The position numbers and the translations under genes are program-made. DNA of 64,000 nt, from NCBI GenBank assembly GCA_964252035.1, contig OZ176202.1. The stretch is one strand, 5' to 3'. Source of the DNA: Podarcis erhardii (Eukaryota). How positions within the stretch are numbered: position 1 is the stretch's first letter; the number at the start of each line of letters is the position of its first letter. This document shows positions 63,243-64,000 of this stretch, in pieces. The notes under the pieces are model-generated. The model was not told where the DNA came from. It did not search any database and was given only the letters and a program-made list of their open reading frames with translations.

Positions 63243-64000
63243 GTATTACTATAAGAAGGATCTTTAATCATTTACTTGAATTAAATTCATTTAATATATT
63301 CATTGGATAAAATGAATATATTACCCATATATAACATGAGTAATAACTTACCAAGTTTGCCATAGTCACGGCTTAGTAAAAATGACCACTGGAAGCCAAT
63401 TGAAGAACTAGGACTCCTCTTATGATTTTTCAAAAATATCTATAAATGGCTTAGGGAAAAGGGACTTAGGCAATCGCAACCACCATTGAACACAATGTGT
63501 TTTGACTATGCATGATTTGGGCTTTGCATGCTATCCCTGGAACGTAACCCCGTTTGGTTGGGAGTGTCCTATATAGAGGAGAAAAGGACTTGCCACCTAA
63601 ACTTGTGAAACTCCAAGAGAGGGAGGAAAGTGAAAAAAGAAAAGGAGACATTAGCAGAAACCTTAATATGTATCATAATAAAGTGACAAAGGATTTGAAG
63701 AATTAATTGCATCATTTGTTTTGCTGGACATAAGGAACCATGATTTCACATTAAATAGGCATAAACAGTACTTGTTTTATACATTCAGTGCAAATGCTGT
63801 TACTTGGTCTTATTTTTACTTCAGGTTGTCCATCCTTTGTTCCTGTAACATGGGAACATCTGGACAGTTTCATGCACATGTTCCTAATGTTCCTGATCAC
63901 TCAAGGGGAATAAGGCTGTTTTCTTACTCTCAAAAAAGGGGGCAGTCCAAGCTATCTTGAGTGAGGAAAATGTTTATTGATCCATTAAAGATTCTTTTAC

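Overview
Vertebrate genomic DNA, most likely from a squamate (lizard). This is inferred from the Sauria-type SINEs, a Bov-B tail, CR1/L2 LINEs and Tc1/mariner and hAT MITEs. The window lies inside one + strand gene, CDC42BPA (MRCK-alpha, myotonic dystrophy kinase-related Cdc42-binding kinase). Nine GT-AG coding exons (92, 84, 96, 149, 94, 201, 249, 80 and 167 bp) splice in frame and encode the kinase domain, its C-terminal extension and the start of the coiled coil. The first coding exon is upstream of the window and the rest of the gene is downstream. About 98% of the window is intron rich in transposon copies, and nearly all short ORFs in the supplied track are spurious or TE fragments. Items worth follow-up: (1) a complete minimal type I hammerhead ribozyme from a Penelope-like element on the sense strand of the first intron (23787-23824), with a truncated antisense copy about 4 kb upstream that is complementary to its cleavage strand; (2) an antisense L2-clade LINE with an uninterrupted 990-aa endonuclease/reverse transcriptase ORF; (3) Tc2-like MITEs that share termini but have unrelated interiors, three of four containing perfect 20-30 bp hairpins; (4) other TE-derived fold-back hairpins. 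Nothing here supports a wholly new protein-coding system. Family names come from recall of consensus sequences, not database searches.
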